DNA of 64,000 nucleotides from Thermodesulfobacteriota bacterium (GTDB lineage Bacteria > Desulfobacterota > BSN033 > UBA1163): contig JASEHH010000007.1 of assembly GCA_030017685.1 (NCBI GenBank), positions 1,824 through 65,823 of the forward strand, read 5' to 3'. Of this stretch, positions 17,891 through 27,560 are shown one piece after another. The notes beneath the pieces were generated by a model. The model ran no database searches, was not told the origin of the DNA, and saw only the letters and a list, made by a program, of their open reading frames with translations. A program made the position numbers and the translations under genes. Within the stretch, counting starts at the first letter, position 1. Each line of letters starts with the position of its first letter.

Positions 17891-19162
17891 GTGATAAAAG
17901 GAATGATTCAAATCAGACCGCTTGCTGATCTTGATGCAACCGTGACTATTCCGGGGTCAAAAAGCTTTACCCACCGGGCTCTCATCGTCTCTGCTTTGGG
18001 AGAGGGGGAGTCTGTTTTGATCCATGCCCTAAGAAGTGAGGATACGGAATATACAGTCCAAGCATTGAAAAGACTCGGAATTCAAATCTTCCTGGAAGGA
18101 GACCGGTTACATGTTCTTGGAGAAGGGGGGAGGCTGAAGCAAGAGGAAGGGGAAATTTTTATCGGTAACTCCGGGACCTCCATGAGGTTTTTAACGGCGT
18201 TGGTTGCCCTTAAGAAGGGGACCACTCTGCTGGATGGGAACGAACGGATGAGAAAACGACCCATGGCAGACCTCTTAGAGGGTTTGAGGGCATTAGGGGT
18301 CAAGGCCTATTTCAGAGAGGGGAATGACTGCCCTCCAGTGATGATCGAATCACAGGGACTCCTTGGAGGAAAGGCGACCATCCGGGGAGAAGAGAGCAGT
18401 CAGTTTCTATCCGGCCTCCTCATGGTGGCTCCCTATGCCCAGGAGGATGTTACCCTGGAAGTAACGGGTCACTTGGCTTCCAGGCCATATGTGGACATCA
18501 CCTGTGAGGTGATGAGAGACTTTGGCGTGAGAGTTCATCGCGATGGGAATCGATTTTTTTCTGTAAAGGCAGGACAGAGATATCATCCCCGGCGATACTT
18601 CGTCGAGGGAGATGCCTCCCACGCCTCCTATTTTTTTTCAGCAGCGGCGGTGACGAGAGGCAAGGTCAGGGTTAAAAACTTTCGTCCAGATTCGATCCAG
18701 GGAGATTCAGGCTTTCTCAATATCCTTGAAAGGATGGGGTGCGAAGTCCTCCGGGGAGATGAGTGGGCCGAAGTTCACGGCAAGGAACTGAAAGGAATAG
18801 AGGTTGATATGAATGAGATGCCTGATCTGGTTCCAACCCTTGCAGTCACCTCGGCATTTGCTTGTGGAAAGACGTTGATCAAGAATATCGGCCATCTCCG
18901 TCTCAAGGAATCGGATCGTATCGGGGTGTTGGCCAGGGAGCTGAGCCGGATTGGAATTCAAGTAGAAGAGGGAGAGGACTGGCTGAAGATCGAAGGCGGA
19001 AGAGGTCATGGAGCGGAGATCGACCCCCATAACGACCACCGCATCGCCATGAGCTTTGCCATCGCAGGACTGGTCATCCCTGGAATAAGGATTAAAGAAC
19101 CCCAATGTGTGAAGAAATCTTTTCCAGATTTTTGGGAAGTTTTTGGGAGGCTTTACCTATGA
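17891..19162 (+). CDS. aroA: 3-phosphoshikimate 1-carboxyvinyltransferase (EPSP synthase)
   Basis: PGSKS, GNSGTSMRF, SSQFLS, KESDRI, DHRIAM motifs. Confidence 0.96.
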   Translation: MIKGMIQIRPLADLDATVTIPGSKSFTHRALIVSALGEGESVLIHALRSEDTEYTVQALKRLGIQIFLEGDRLHVLGEGGRLKQEEGEIFIGNSGTSMRFLTALVALKKGTTLLDGNERMRKRPMADLLEGLRALGVKAYFREGNDCPPVMIESQGLLGGKATIRGEESSQFLSGLLMVAPYAQEDVTLEVTGHLASRPYVDITCEVMRDFGVRVHRDGNRFFSVKAGQRYHPRRYFVEGDASHASYFFSAAAVTRGKVRVKNFRPDSIQGDSGFLNILERMGCEVLRGDEWAEVHGKELKGIEVDMNEMPDLVPTLAVTSAFACGKTLIKNIGHLRLKESDRIGVLARELSRIGIQVEEGEDWLKIEGGRGHGAEIDPHNDHRIAMSFAIAGLVIPGIRIKEPQCVKKSFPDFWEVFGRLYL

Positions 19163-19689
19163 ACCTTGTCTTAATCGGATTCAGGGCCGCAGGGAAAACC
19201 ACGGTGGGCAGAAGACTGTCGGCTTACCTGCGAAGGGTGTTTGTGGATTCAGATGATATGATTGAGAAACACCAGGGGACGACTATCAAAGATATTGTGG
19301 AAGGTCATGGATGGGACTATTTCAGAGCTATTGAGAGAGAAGTCATTTCGGAAGTTTCAAACGATGACAATCTGATTATTTCTGCAGGTGGAGGCGTGGT
19401 CATCGATCCCAAGAATGTAAATGCCCTAAGAAAGAAGGGCTTCATCATCTGGTTAAAGGCAGATGTTGAAGTCCTCCTGAGACGAATGGCTCAAGATCAT
19501 CGGACAATGACAGGAAGACCCAGTCTTACAGGAAAGGATTGCTTAAAAGAGTTCAGGGAGGTGCTCATCCAACGGGAACCACTCTACGAAAGGGCTTCAG
19601 AAGTCCAGGTGGATACATCGCTGTTGGATGTGGATGGGGTGGTCCATCAGGTTCTCTCTATCTTTGAGGAAAGGCTGGTGAGGGTTTAA
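19159..19689 (+). CDS. aroK: shikimate kinase
   Basis: GFRAAGKTT P-loop, FR..E, GGG, RP motifs. Confidence 0.94.
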   Translation: MNLVLIGFRAAGKTTVGRRLSAYLRRVFVDSDDMIEKHQGTTIKDIVEGHGWDYFRAIEREVISEVSNDDNLIISAGGGVVIDPKNVNALRKKGFIIWLKADVEVLLRRMAQDHRTMTGRPSLTGKDCLKEFREVLIQREPLYERASEVQVDTSLLDVDGVVHQVLSIFEERLVRV

Positions 19690-19690
19690 T

Positions 19691-20749
19691 TTGGGAGGAA
19701 ATTCATTCGGAAATCTTTTTAGGATCACGACCTGGGGGGAGTCCCATGGAAAGGCATTGGGTGTGGTCATTGACGGGTGCCCGTCTGGAATGGAACTTTC
19801 TGAAGAAGAGATTCAGAAAGAGATGGATAGAAGACGCCCGGGCCAGGGCCTGGGATCAAGTTCCAGAAAGGAGAGAGATCGGATTGAGATCCTCTCCGGT
19901 GTCTTCAAAGGAAAGACGACGGGAACGCCCATTTTTCTTCTGGTGAGAAATGAGGATGTGGATTCCAGTCCTTATGAGGAATGGAAAGAGGTCTTCAGGC
20001 CCGGTCATGCTGATTTTACCTATCAGGCCAAATACGGAATCAGGGACTATCGGGGGGGAGGCAGGGCTTCGGCGAGGGAGACCGTAGGAAGGGTGGCGGC
20101 TGGAGCGATCGCCAAGAAAATCTTAGCCCAAGAGAAGATCAACATCCTTGCTTACACGTTAGAACTCGGGGGAATCCGTGCTGACAAGGTCAATCTTGGT
20201 GAGGTGGAGAAGAATTTGCTCCGTTGTCCTGACCCACAGGCCGCTCTCGCAATGGAACGGAAGATTGAAGAAGCGAAACTCGAGGGCGATACGCTCGGAG
20301 GCATTGTAGAGATTCTTGTCCTTGGATGTCCTCCCGGGTTGGGGGAGCCTGTCTTCGATAAATTGGAAGCCGATCTGGCCAAAGGGTTGCTGAGCATCGG
20401 AGCCATACGAGGCGTGGAAATAGGAGCCGGATTTAAGGCTGCCCGGATGCTTGGATCAGAGTGTAATGATCCCCTGGGGCCGGACGGGTTCGAAAAAAAC
20501 GATTCGGGTGGAATTTTAGGAGGAATATCGAATGGAGAGGATATCCTGCTCCGAGTAGCCGTGAAGCCCATTCCCTCTATCTCGATGAAGCAAAAAACTG
20601 TGGATCATTCCATGAAGCCTGTGTCACTGCAAATCAAGGGGCGGCATGATGTTTCAGCCATCCCACGAATTAATTCTGTCTGTGAGGCCATGGTGGCCAT
20701 TGTTCTGGTCGATCATTTACTCCGGCAGAAAGCAATCGGGAGGACATGA
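19691..20749 (+). CDS. aroC: chorismate synthase
   Basis: GESHG, RPGHAD, GGGRASARET, GRHD motifs. Confidence 0.97.
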   Translation: MGGNSFGNLFRITTWGESHGKALGVVIDGCPSGMELSEEEIQKEMDRRRPGQGLGSSSRKERDRIEILSGVFKGKTTGTPIFLLVRNEDVDSSPYEEWKEVFRPGHADFTYQAKYGIRDYRGGGRASARETVGRVAAGAIAKKILAQEKINILAYTLELGGIRADKVNLGEVEKNLLRCPDPQAALAMERKIEEAKLEGDTLGGIVEILVLGCPPGLGEPVFDKLEADLAKGLLSIGAIRGVEIGAGFKAARMLGSECNDPLGPDGFEKNDSGGILGGISNGEDILLRVAVKPIPSISMKQKTVDHSMKPVSLQIKGRHDVSAIPRINSVCEAMVAIVLVDHLLRQKAIGRT

Positions 20750-21828
20750 AGATGGGAAGGCAAGATAGGATTCAAGACCTTCGACAGAGGATTGATGCTT
20801 TAGACAGACAAATCCTCCACCTTTTGAATGAGCGGGCAGAGATAGTATTGGAGGTGGGGAAGGTGAAATTAGAAGAAAAAATAGGCTCCTATGACCCTGA
20901 TCGGGAGGCGGAGATTCTGCGACACCTCATTCAAGAACATTCCGGACCCTTTCCGAAGCAGGCCATTGTTCCAGTCTTTCGAGAGATCGTCTCAGCCTGT
21001 CGCCTCCTTGAAAGGAAATTAGCAGTTATCTATCTGGGGCCTCCTGCCAGCCATACCCATCAGGCCTGTGTCAAACATTTCGGGATCTCTATAGAGGCGA
21101 TCTCCAGTGAGAACATTTGGGACATCTTTGAAAGCGTGGAAAAGGAGAAAGTGGATTTTGGTATAGTGCCCATTGAAAATTCCACCGAAGGGGTCGTGAA
21201 CCAGACCTTAGACATGTTTATTGGATCTGAGGTTAAAATCTGGGGTGAGATCATGGTTCAGATTTCCCACGACCTTCTCTCAAAAAGCGGGAGGTGCCAA
21301 GACATTCGAAAAATAGTTTCCCATCCTTCAGCCCTCGCACAGTGCAGGGAATGGTTGAGAAAAAACTTTCCCGAGGTTGAGAAGGTGGAAACGGCCAGCA
21401 CGGCAAAGGCTGCCCAACTCGCCGTGCAGGACAAGGCTGTTGCAGCGGTTGCCGGTTCCCTTGCCGCCCGACTCTATGGCCTAAAGGTGATTGAATCAAA
21501 AATTGAAGATCACCTCCAGAATTATACGCGCTTCCTGATTCTCAGCCACCAGTTCAGGGAGAAGACAGGAAGGGATAGGACATCGATTCTTTTTTCGATT
21601 CCACATTCTCCGGGCTCCCTCTTCCGGGTGCTTAAACCCTTTGATGAGAGGAAGATTAATCTGACCAAGATCGAATCGCGACCTGTCAAAAATAAGCCAT
21701 GGGAATATATCTTCTTTTTAGATTTTGAGGGCCATGTCTCAGACGCTCACATTCACGAGACCTTGAAGGAGATGGAAGATAAAGTCCTTTTTATGAAGTT
21801 TCTGGGCTCTTACCCCAGGAACGCATAA
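20746..21828 (+). CDS. pheA: chorismate mutase / prephenate dehydratase
   Basis: N-terminal AroQ domain, PIENSTEG, NYTRF, KIESRP ACT domain. Confidence 0.96.
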   Translation: MKMGRQDRIQDLRQRIDALDRQILHLLNERAEIVLEVGKVKLEEKIGSYDPDREAEILRHLIQEHSGPFPKQAIVPVFREIVSACRLLERKLAVIYLGPPASHTHQACVKHFGISIEAISSENIWDIFESVEKEKVDFGIVPIENSTEGVVNQTLDMFIGSEVKIWGEIMVQISHDLLSKSGRCQDIRKIVSHPSALAQCREWLRKNFPEVEKVETASTAKAAQLAVQDKAVAAVAGSLAARLYGLKVIESKIEDHLQNYTRFLILSHQFREKTGRDRTSILFSIPHSPGSLFRVLKPFDERKINLTKIESRPVKNKPWEYIFFLDFEGHVSDAHIHETLKEMEDKVLFMKFLGSYPRNA

Positions 21829-21973
21829 GAGCGAAAAGGGTGAGAGCCAATTTCGTGATGACAGAATGGACTCCACCCTAAATCTTCCTCCGCTGGCCCG
21901 CCTGCCCCTGTGGATTTGGGATTCCCATGGATTTCTATCACAGGAAAAAAGATGTCTACGGAGGTCGAAAACG

Positions 21974-23551
21974 GTGAAATCAGAAGTTACGGGGATGGGG
22001 GAAAGGGTTAAGAGGGCGCGAATCGGCCTCAAGGATATGCTGACACTTGTGGATGTGACCCTTGAAGATCAGTTATGGGGTTCTGAGCACCTCTTCCCTT
22101 ATGATGTCTTCGAAGGGCTCCATGAGTTAATGGCGAGGACGATCCATGGAACGAAGATAGAGCGTTCCAGGCCAAAAAGCGGTAGTCAACCCTTTCACAC
22201 CTTCGAGATCCATACGGAAGAAGGGGATACCCTTGGCTATCTCAATATGATTTTTCTCAGAAAACCCATCCCCTGTTATTATTTGGTTTATGTGGAGGTC
22301 CTGGCTTCCTTTCGTGGCCGGGGACTGGGCAATAAGATCCTCAAGGCCTTCAAGGAGTTTGTGGAGAATAAAGAGGCCATGGGGCTTCTGGATAACATCA
22401 TTCCGAACGATGAACCGACCTACGATATTTATTCAAAACTCGGCTGGAAGGATATCGAAGAATGGATCGGCGAAAGCGTGGTCAATGGCGAGAGACACTA
22501 CATGGTCTTCATCCCAGCCTCCCTGGAATCCCTTGACCTGAGAGGCAGGTTGATCAAACTCCTGTTCAAAGTGAAGAAGAAGAGACCGATCATCGACATG
22601 CATGATAACGAGTCCATGGTCAGACGAACGATCTCCGAATTTCGATCGGTGTACGAAACCCTAAAGCACCTCTTCGATTTAGAGCTCTCAACCGGGACCC
22701 CAACACCATTTATGCGTTTCATGTTTACCAAGTTCATCACGAAAGTGCTTGGGTTCAGAAGGCGGATTACCACACTCCTCGGCTATACTGGCGGAGAGTC
22801 CCTTGATCAGATCTCCCTCTCGGAGCAAATCAAATCTCTTCCCCTTCAATCCTATTCTCTGTGGAGTTCGAAGGAAGGGCAGGCTGACCTATGGGGAGAG
22901 GAAAGAGTCATTCGGAACCTGCCCGAGGAGCTAAAAAGGGAACCTACCCTTTATATCGAGAGTCTCTTCTTCTATCGGAGGCCTTATCTCTCTTCCTGGT
23001 TTAGGGAAAAAGAAAAAGGAGAATCTCTTAACTTGAAGATTGCCGATATCCTTGATCTAGGATTCGATCCCACAAGGTTAAGGGAGTTCCAGCATGAAGG
23101 GGTGGAGTATATCTTCGAAAGATCAACTCCTCTTTTTCTATCCTCTATTGAAAAAAGAAGGGGCTTTCTGCCTAAAATCGCCGGGCATACCTCAGGGATG
23201 CGTTTTCGCCATGCCACGGTTCAGGTCAATCCACCCCTTGTCATTCTACAGGACAAAGGGAACGTTTACATCCTCCGCAGGAAATTGGAGGGAATACACT
23301 TCGAGGAAGCACTGGATCAGTTGAGAACTTCCACCCATTTGAAAGAGATGAATCGTACAGGAAGGATCGACCAGGCGATGATCCTGACCGTCCAGGAGAT
23401 TAAAAAAGAACTGAGGAAAAGGTTTGGATCGAACTTCTATGAGGAAATTGAGGATTTAACCTTCTTCATCCCCTGGAATCTTGAAAGTAATATGCCGAGG
23501 GTCACCGTGGATACCGCAAGTATCTTTCTGGATACCCTATGGATTGCTTGA
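21974..23551 (+). CDS. large protein with GNAT-like acetyltransferase motif
   Basis: VEVLASFRGRGLG acetyl-CoA loop and YSKLGW; GTG 21974 after GGAGG; C-terminal part unrecognised. Confidence 0.65.
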   Translation: MKSEVTGMGERVKRARIGLKDMLTLVDVTLEDQLWGSEHLFPYDVFEGLHELMARTIHGTKIERSRPKSGSQPFHTFEIHTEEGDTLGYLNMIFLRKPIPCYYLVYVEVLASFRGRGLGNKILKAFKEFVENKEAMGLLDNIIPNDEPTYDIYSKLGWKDIEEWIGESVVNGERHYMVFIPASLESLDLRGRLIKLLFKVKKKRPIIDMHDNESMVRRTISEFRSVYETLKHLFDLELSTGTPTPFMRFMFTKFITKVLGFRRRITTLLGYTGGESLDQISLSEQIKSLPLQSYSLWSSKEGQADLWGEERVIRNLPEELKREPTLYIESLFFYRRPYLSSWFREKEKGESLNLKIADILDLGFDPTRLREFQHEGVEYIFERSTPLFLSSIEKRRGFLPKIAGHTSGMRFRHATVQVNPPLVILQDKGNVYILRRKLEGIHFEEALDQLRTSTHLKEMNRTGRIDQAMILTVQEIKKELRKRFGSNFYEEIEDLTFFIPWNLESNMPRVTVDTASIFLDTLWIA

Positions 23552-23603
23552 AGGTTAACCTGCCAGTTGACCGAAAATTGAAGCAATAATAAGGTTAAAT
23601 CGA

Positions 23604-24767
23604 ATGGATTCAGTCGTCATCGTTTTAAAAGGAAAGGATCCGTATCTCACGACAAAAAAGGCACTTCAACAATTCCCCTTGCCGAATTTGAAGGGAAGAA
23701 GGGCCTTGATAAAACCGAATGCGGCTCGGTTGGCCGTCCCCGGTGAAGGAGTGACAACACATCCCGGGGTGGTTGAAGCCACGATCGATCATCTGAAAGA
23801 AAAAGGAGCAGGTGAGATTGCGATCGGTGAGAGTTGTATCTTTGGAGTGGATCCAGAGCAGGCCTTCCGGGCAACCGGCATGAAGGAGGTTTCGGAAAAA
23901 AAGAGGGTTGAACTCATACATTTAGACCGGGTTGCCCCGATGGAAATCAAAATCCCTGGAGGAAAGGTTCTAAAGAGCATTAGAGTGCCTGCCATCTTAA
24001 AAAAATTCGATTTCATCATCTCAATCCCTGTGATGAAAACCCACATGCATACCCGGGTTACATTAAGCATTAAAAATATGAAGGGGTTATTATGGCGAAG
24101 GGAGAAGGCAAGGCTACATCAACTCCGATGCAATGGGAAAGTTGCTCAAGGGGATAAGGCCCTGGATATTGCCATATCCGATATGGCCTCGGTCTTATTT
24201 CCCCATTTGGCCATCATCGATGGGACAACAGGACTGGAGGGAATGGGACCTGCTTATGGAAGAAAGAAAGAGGCGGGGCTTATCGTTTTAGGGAATGACC
24301 CCGTTTCCGCAGATGCTGTAGCCACACGACTGATGGGGTTTCCCCCGGAAGAAGTACCTCATCTAAGATTGTTAGCAGAAAGGGGACTGGGTGAAATCCA
24401 ATTTTCAAACATTTCAATCAAACCGGGGGATTTTTTAAAGTGGGAGACACATTTTGAGCTTCCACCTTCCAAACTCTCTTTCTCCTTTCCCGATGTCGTG
24501 ATTCACGATGAAGGATCATGCAGTGCCTGTCTTTCAACATTATTTGTTCTTCTTCATCGTTACAAGGATTTGCTTACTCCCCACCGCTTAGGGGATAATA
24601 AAATTCACATTGGCATTGGAAAACATCTGGAGAATATTTCCAGAGGGACGATCTTGATAGGTAACTGTACCCATAAGATGAAAAAGAGGGGCACCTTTGT
24701 CAAGGGATGCCCTCCTGTGGCTTCCGAGGTCCTGAGGTTATTATCCTCATTGGGTGTTTATGTTTAA
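23604..24767 (+). CDS. DUF362 domain Fe-S protein
   Basis: IKPN, TTHP, KTH, KNMKG, EGMGP motifs plus C-terminal CSAC, GNC, GCPP. Confidence 0.85.
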   Translation: MDSVVIVLKGKDPYLTTKKALQQFPLPNLKGRRALIKPNAARLAVPGEGVTTHPGVVEATIDHLKEKGAGEIAIGESCIFGVDPEQAFRATGMKEVSEKKRVELIHLDRVAPMEIKIPGGKVLKSIRVPAILKKFDFIISIPVMKTHMHTRVTLSIKNMKGLLWRREKARLHQLRCNGKVAQGDKALDIAISDMASVLFPHLAIIDGTTGLEGMGPAYGRKKEAGLIVLGNDPVSADAVATRLMGFPPEEVPHLRLLAERGLGEIQFSNISIKPGDFLKWETHFELPPSKLSFSFPDVVIHDEGSCSACLSTLFVLLHRYKDLLTPHRLGDNKIHIGIGKHLENISRGTILIGNCTHKMKKRGTFVKGCPPVASEVLRLLSSLGVYV

Positions 24768-24780
24768 GGAGGTGCCCTTT

Positions 24781-25815
24781 ATGATTTTTGATAGGCTTTC
24801 CGAGCGGGGGACAAGGTTCCTGAATGTAAAATACCCGATCATTTCAGGAGGGATGACCTGGGTGAGCAATGTGGCTCTCGTGAAGGCTGTTAGCCAGCAT
24901 GGGGTTTTCCCCGTTCTTGCAGGAGGGAATTTGCCACCTGATGCTTTTGAAAAGGAGGTGGATCAATGTCTTCAGGAACTGACCGGACCGTTCGCTGTGA
25001 ATCTGATCACCATTGCCCCAAATTATAAGACGCAGTTTGAAATTCTCCTTTCAAAAAAAGTTCCTTTTGTTGTTTTCGCTGGAGGTATTCCGCGGAAGGT
25101 GGATATCGAGCGAATGAAAAAGGTTGGCAAAAAAACCATGTCCTTTGCCTCGGATGAATCCATTGCCTCACAACAAATCCGTTTCGGTATCGATGCGCTC
25201 CTTCTCGAAGGAAGCGAGGCAGGAGGCCACATTGGCCATGTCTCACTGGTCATCCTTTTACAGCAGGTGCTTTTCCGATTCGATCAGGTTCCGGTTTTCG
25301 TTGCCGGCGGAATTGCGATAGGCAGGATGGTCGCCCATCTTTTGCTGATGGGTGCGGCGGGTTGCCAGCTCGGAACGAGATTTGCGATGAGTGAGGAGTG
25401 CACCGCACACCCGGATTTCAAAAAGACTCTCATGAGGGCCCGCGCCCGACAAGCCATCGCCACACCGCAATATGATTCCAAACTTCCTGTTGTCGCCGTC
25501 CGGGCCATCAAGAACAAAGGGACAGAGGATTTCGGGAGGCTCCAGTTGAGACTCCTCAGAGAACTTGAAGAAGGAAAGATCAGCCGGGAAAAAGCCCAGT
25601 ATGAGGTTGAAAATTTCTGGATGGGTGCGCTTCGGCGGGCAGTGGTCGAAGGAGATGTTGACCATGGATCATTAATGGTGGGACAGAGTGTGGGGTTGAT
25701 TCGCGAAATCTTGCCCATGAGAGATATCGTCGAAAACCTTGTCAGAGAGGCCGAAGAAGAATTGATAAGAATAAAGGAAGGGTTGGATGGAAAATTAGCC
25801 CACGAAACTTCTTGA
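24781..25815 (+). CDS. nitronate monooxygenase / FabK-like enoyl-ACP reductase II
   Basis: GGMTW, EGSEAGGHIG, AGGI, GCQLGTRF, GQSVG motifs; AAGGAGG RBS before 24781. Confidence 0.88.
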   Translation: MIFDRLSERGTRFLNVKYPIISGGMTWVSNVALVKAVSQHGVFPVLAGGNLPPDAFEKEVDQCLQELTGPFAVNLITIAPNYKTQFEILLSKKVPFVVFAGGIPRKVDIERMKKVGKKTMSFASDESIASQQIRFGIDALLLEGSEAGGHIGHVSLVILLQQVLFRFDQVPVFVAGGIAIGRMVAHLLLMGAAGCQLGTRFAMSEECTAHPDFKKTLMRARARQAIATPQYDSKLPVVAVRAIKNKGTEDFGRLQLRLLRELEEGKISREKAQYEVENFWMGALRRAVVEGDVDHGSLMVGQSVGLIREILPMRDIVENLVREAEEELIRIKEGLDGKLAHETS

Positions 25816-25840
25816 CAAGAAATTTGGGATGAGTTAAAGA
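25812..25840 (+). promoter_or_regulatory. sigma70 promoter of trp operon
   Basis: TTGACA-17 nt-TAAAGA, overlapping the upstream stop codon; near copy of the aro promoter. Confidence 0.65.
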
Positions 25841-25866
25841 AGTACTACTTTAATGGAGCATGTAAC

Positions 25867-25950
25867 GTGAAGACTACCTTTGGATTGATGAATAATAGCT
25901 GGTGGTGCTGGGCGAAAAAAGAGGAGGAGGTCTGTCCGGTGCCACAATAA
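25867..25950 (+). CDS. trpL: trp leader peptide (27 aa, WWCW)
   Basis: GTG start after GGAG: MKTTFGLMNNSWWCWAKKEEEVCPVPQ. Confidence 0.85.
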   Translation: MKTTFGLMNNSWWCWAKKEEEVCPVPQ

Positions 25951-25967
25951 CCATTTGAATCGAAAGT

Positions 25968-26010
25968 AAAGGCCATGGACAGCTTCTCTCTTGCTCCCAT
26001 GGCCTTTTTT
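25968..26010 (+). terminator. trp attenuator terminator
   Basis: AAAGGCCATGGACAGC...GCTCCCATGGCCTTT followed by a T run; CTGTCC in the leader can pair with GGACAG as antiterminator. Confidence 0.85.
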
Positions 26011-26025
26011 GTTTTTTAGGGAATA

Positions 26026-26055
26026 TCAACCTTAACCTCAACCTCAACCTCAACC
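26026..26055. repeat. hexamer tandem repeat (TYAACC)x5
   Basis: TCAACC TTAACC TCAACC TCAACC TCAACC. Confidence 0.9.
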
Positions 26056-26081
26056 TTTTTATTCATCCTGGAGGATTAACC

Positions 26082-27560
26082 GTGGCGACTCCATCTTTAG
26101 AAGATTTTAAGAGACTGGCTGCTCAGGGCAACCTCATTCCCATCTTTAAGGAGGTTCACTTTGACTGGGAGACACCCCTCTCAGCATTCCGGAAGATCGA
26201 CGATGGAAAGTTTTCTTTCCTCCTCGAAAGCGCAGAAGGAGGGGAGAAATGGGGCCGATACAGTTTTCTTGGCTCAGGACCCTCTCTTCTCTTCCGAACA
26301 AAAGGAGAGGAGTTCGAAATCCTTAAGAATGGAGAGGTTCTTCGAGAGGGGAAGGATAAGGATCCGCTCCGTGCGCTGGAGGGTCTCCTGAAGCATTACC
26401 GTCCTGTTCTTCATGATTCCCTTCCACGTTTTTTCGGAGGAGCAGTTGGGTATGTCAATTATGATGTGGTCAGGTCTTTTGAGAAACTTCCGGAACAGCT
26501 CCCTCAGGACATAGGTCTTTATGACTCCTATTTCATGGTCACCGATACCCTGCTCGTCTTCGACAATGTGAAGCAGAAGGTCAAGGTGATTTCCAATACA
26601 TTCTTAGATGGCCAAAAACCCTTGGAAGAGGTCTACCGAGAAGCTCAGGAGAAGATTAAAAACATCATTGTCAAGATCCAAAGCCCAGCGCCCACTTCTC
26701 CCGTGCAAAAATTTTTCTCTCTCTCTTCTCTTCACTCAAACTTCAGCCGGGAAGATTTTATGAAAGGGGTGGAAAGGGCTAAGGAATATATTAAAGCGGG
26801 TGATGTTATTCAGGTGGTCCTCTCACAACGGTTCTCTACAGAGATCCATTGTCAGCCCTTTGATATCTATCGTGCCCTGAGGTCAATCAACCCTTCCCCT
26901 TATCTTTTTTATTTGAAGATGGATGATATTGTCCTTCTGGGGGCTTCACCCGAGGTGATGGTCCGTCTGGAAGACAGGCAGATTGAGCTCCGGCCACTCG
27001 CTGGAACTCGCAGAAGAGGAAGGACTGAGGAGGAAGATAGATCGATGGAAAGGGACCTACTGGCGGATGAGAAGGAAAGGGCGGAGCACATCATGCTGGT
27101 TGACCTTGGCCGAAATGACGTGGGCCGAGTAGCCGAGATCGGCTCGGTTGAAGTTACGGAATTGATGGGTGTGGAACGCTACTCCCACGTCATGCATATC
27201 GTCTCTCATATCCGTGGATCTCTGGCACAAGATAAAAACGCTTTCGACGTCTTCAGGGCAGCTTTTCCTGCCGGGACGGTATCCGGTTCCCCTAAGATTC
27301 GGGCCATGGAGATCATCGAGGAGCTGGAACCTGTCCGGCGCGGGCCTTACGCCGGAGCGGTGGGTTACTTCAGTTTTTCCGGAAACATGGACACCTGTAT
27401 CACGATTCGTTCCATTCTCATCAAAGACGGCAAGGCTTACGTCCAGGCAGGCGCAGGGATTGTCGCTGACTCGGATCCGGAGAAAGAATACGACGAGACC
27501 CTGAATAAGGCGCAGGCCGTCTTCAAGGCCATTCAACTTGCCGAGGAGGGATTGAGATGA
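26082..27560 (+). CDS. trpE: anthranilate synthase component I
   Basis: LLES, NPSPY, AGTRRRG, EHIMLVDLGRND motifs. Confidence 0.97.
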   Translation: MATPSLEDFKRLAAQGNLIPIFKEVHFDWETPLSAFRKIDDGKFSFLLESAEGGEKWGRYSFLGSGPSLLFRTKGEEFEILKNGEVLREGKDKDPLRALEGLLKHYRPVLHDSLPRFFGGAVGYVNYDVVRSFEKLPEQLPQDIGLYDSYFMVTDTLLVFDNVKQKVKVISNTFLDGQKPLEEVYREAQEKIKNIIVKIQSPAPTSPVQKFFSLSSLHSNFSREDFMKGVERAKEYIKAGDVIQVVLSQRFSTEIHCQPFDIYRALRSINPSPYLFYLKMDDIVLLGASPEVMVRLEDRQIELRPLAGTRRRGRTEEEDRSMERDLLADEKERAEHIMLVDLGRNDVGRVAEIGSVEVTELMGVERYSHVMHIVSHIRGSLAQDKNAFDVFRAAFPAGTVSGSPKIRAMEIIEELEPVRRGPYAGAVGYFSFSGNMDTCITIRSILIKDGKAYVQAGAGIVADSDPEKEYDETLNKAQAVFKAIQLAEEGLR

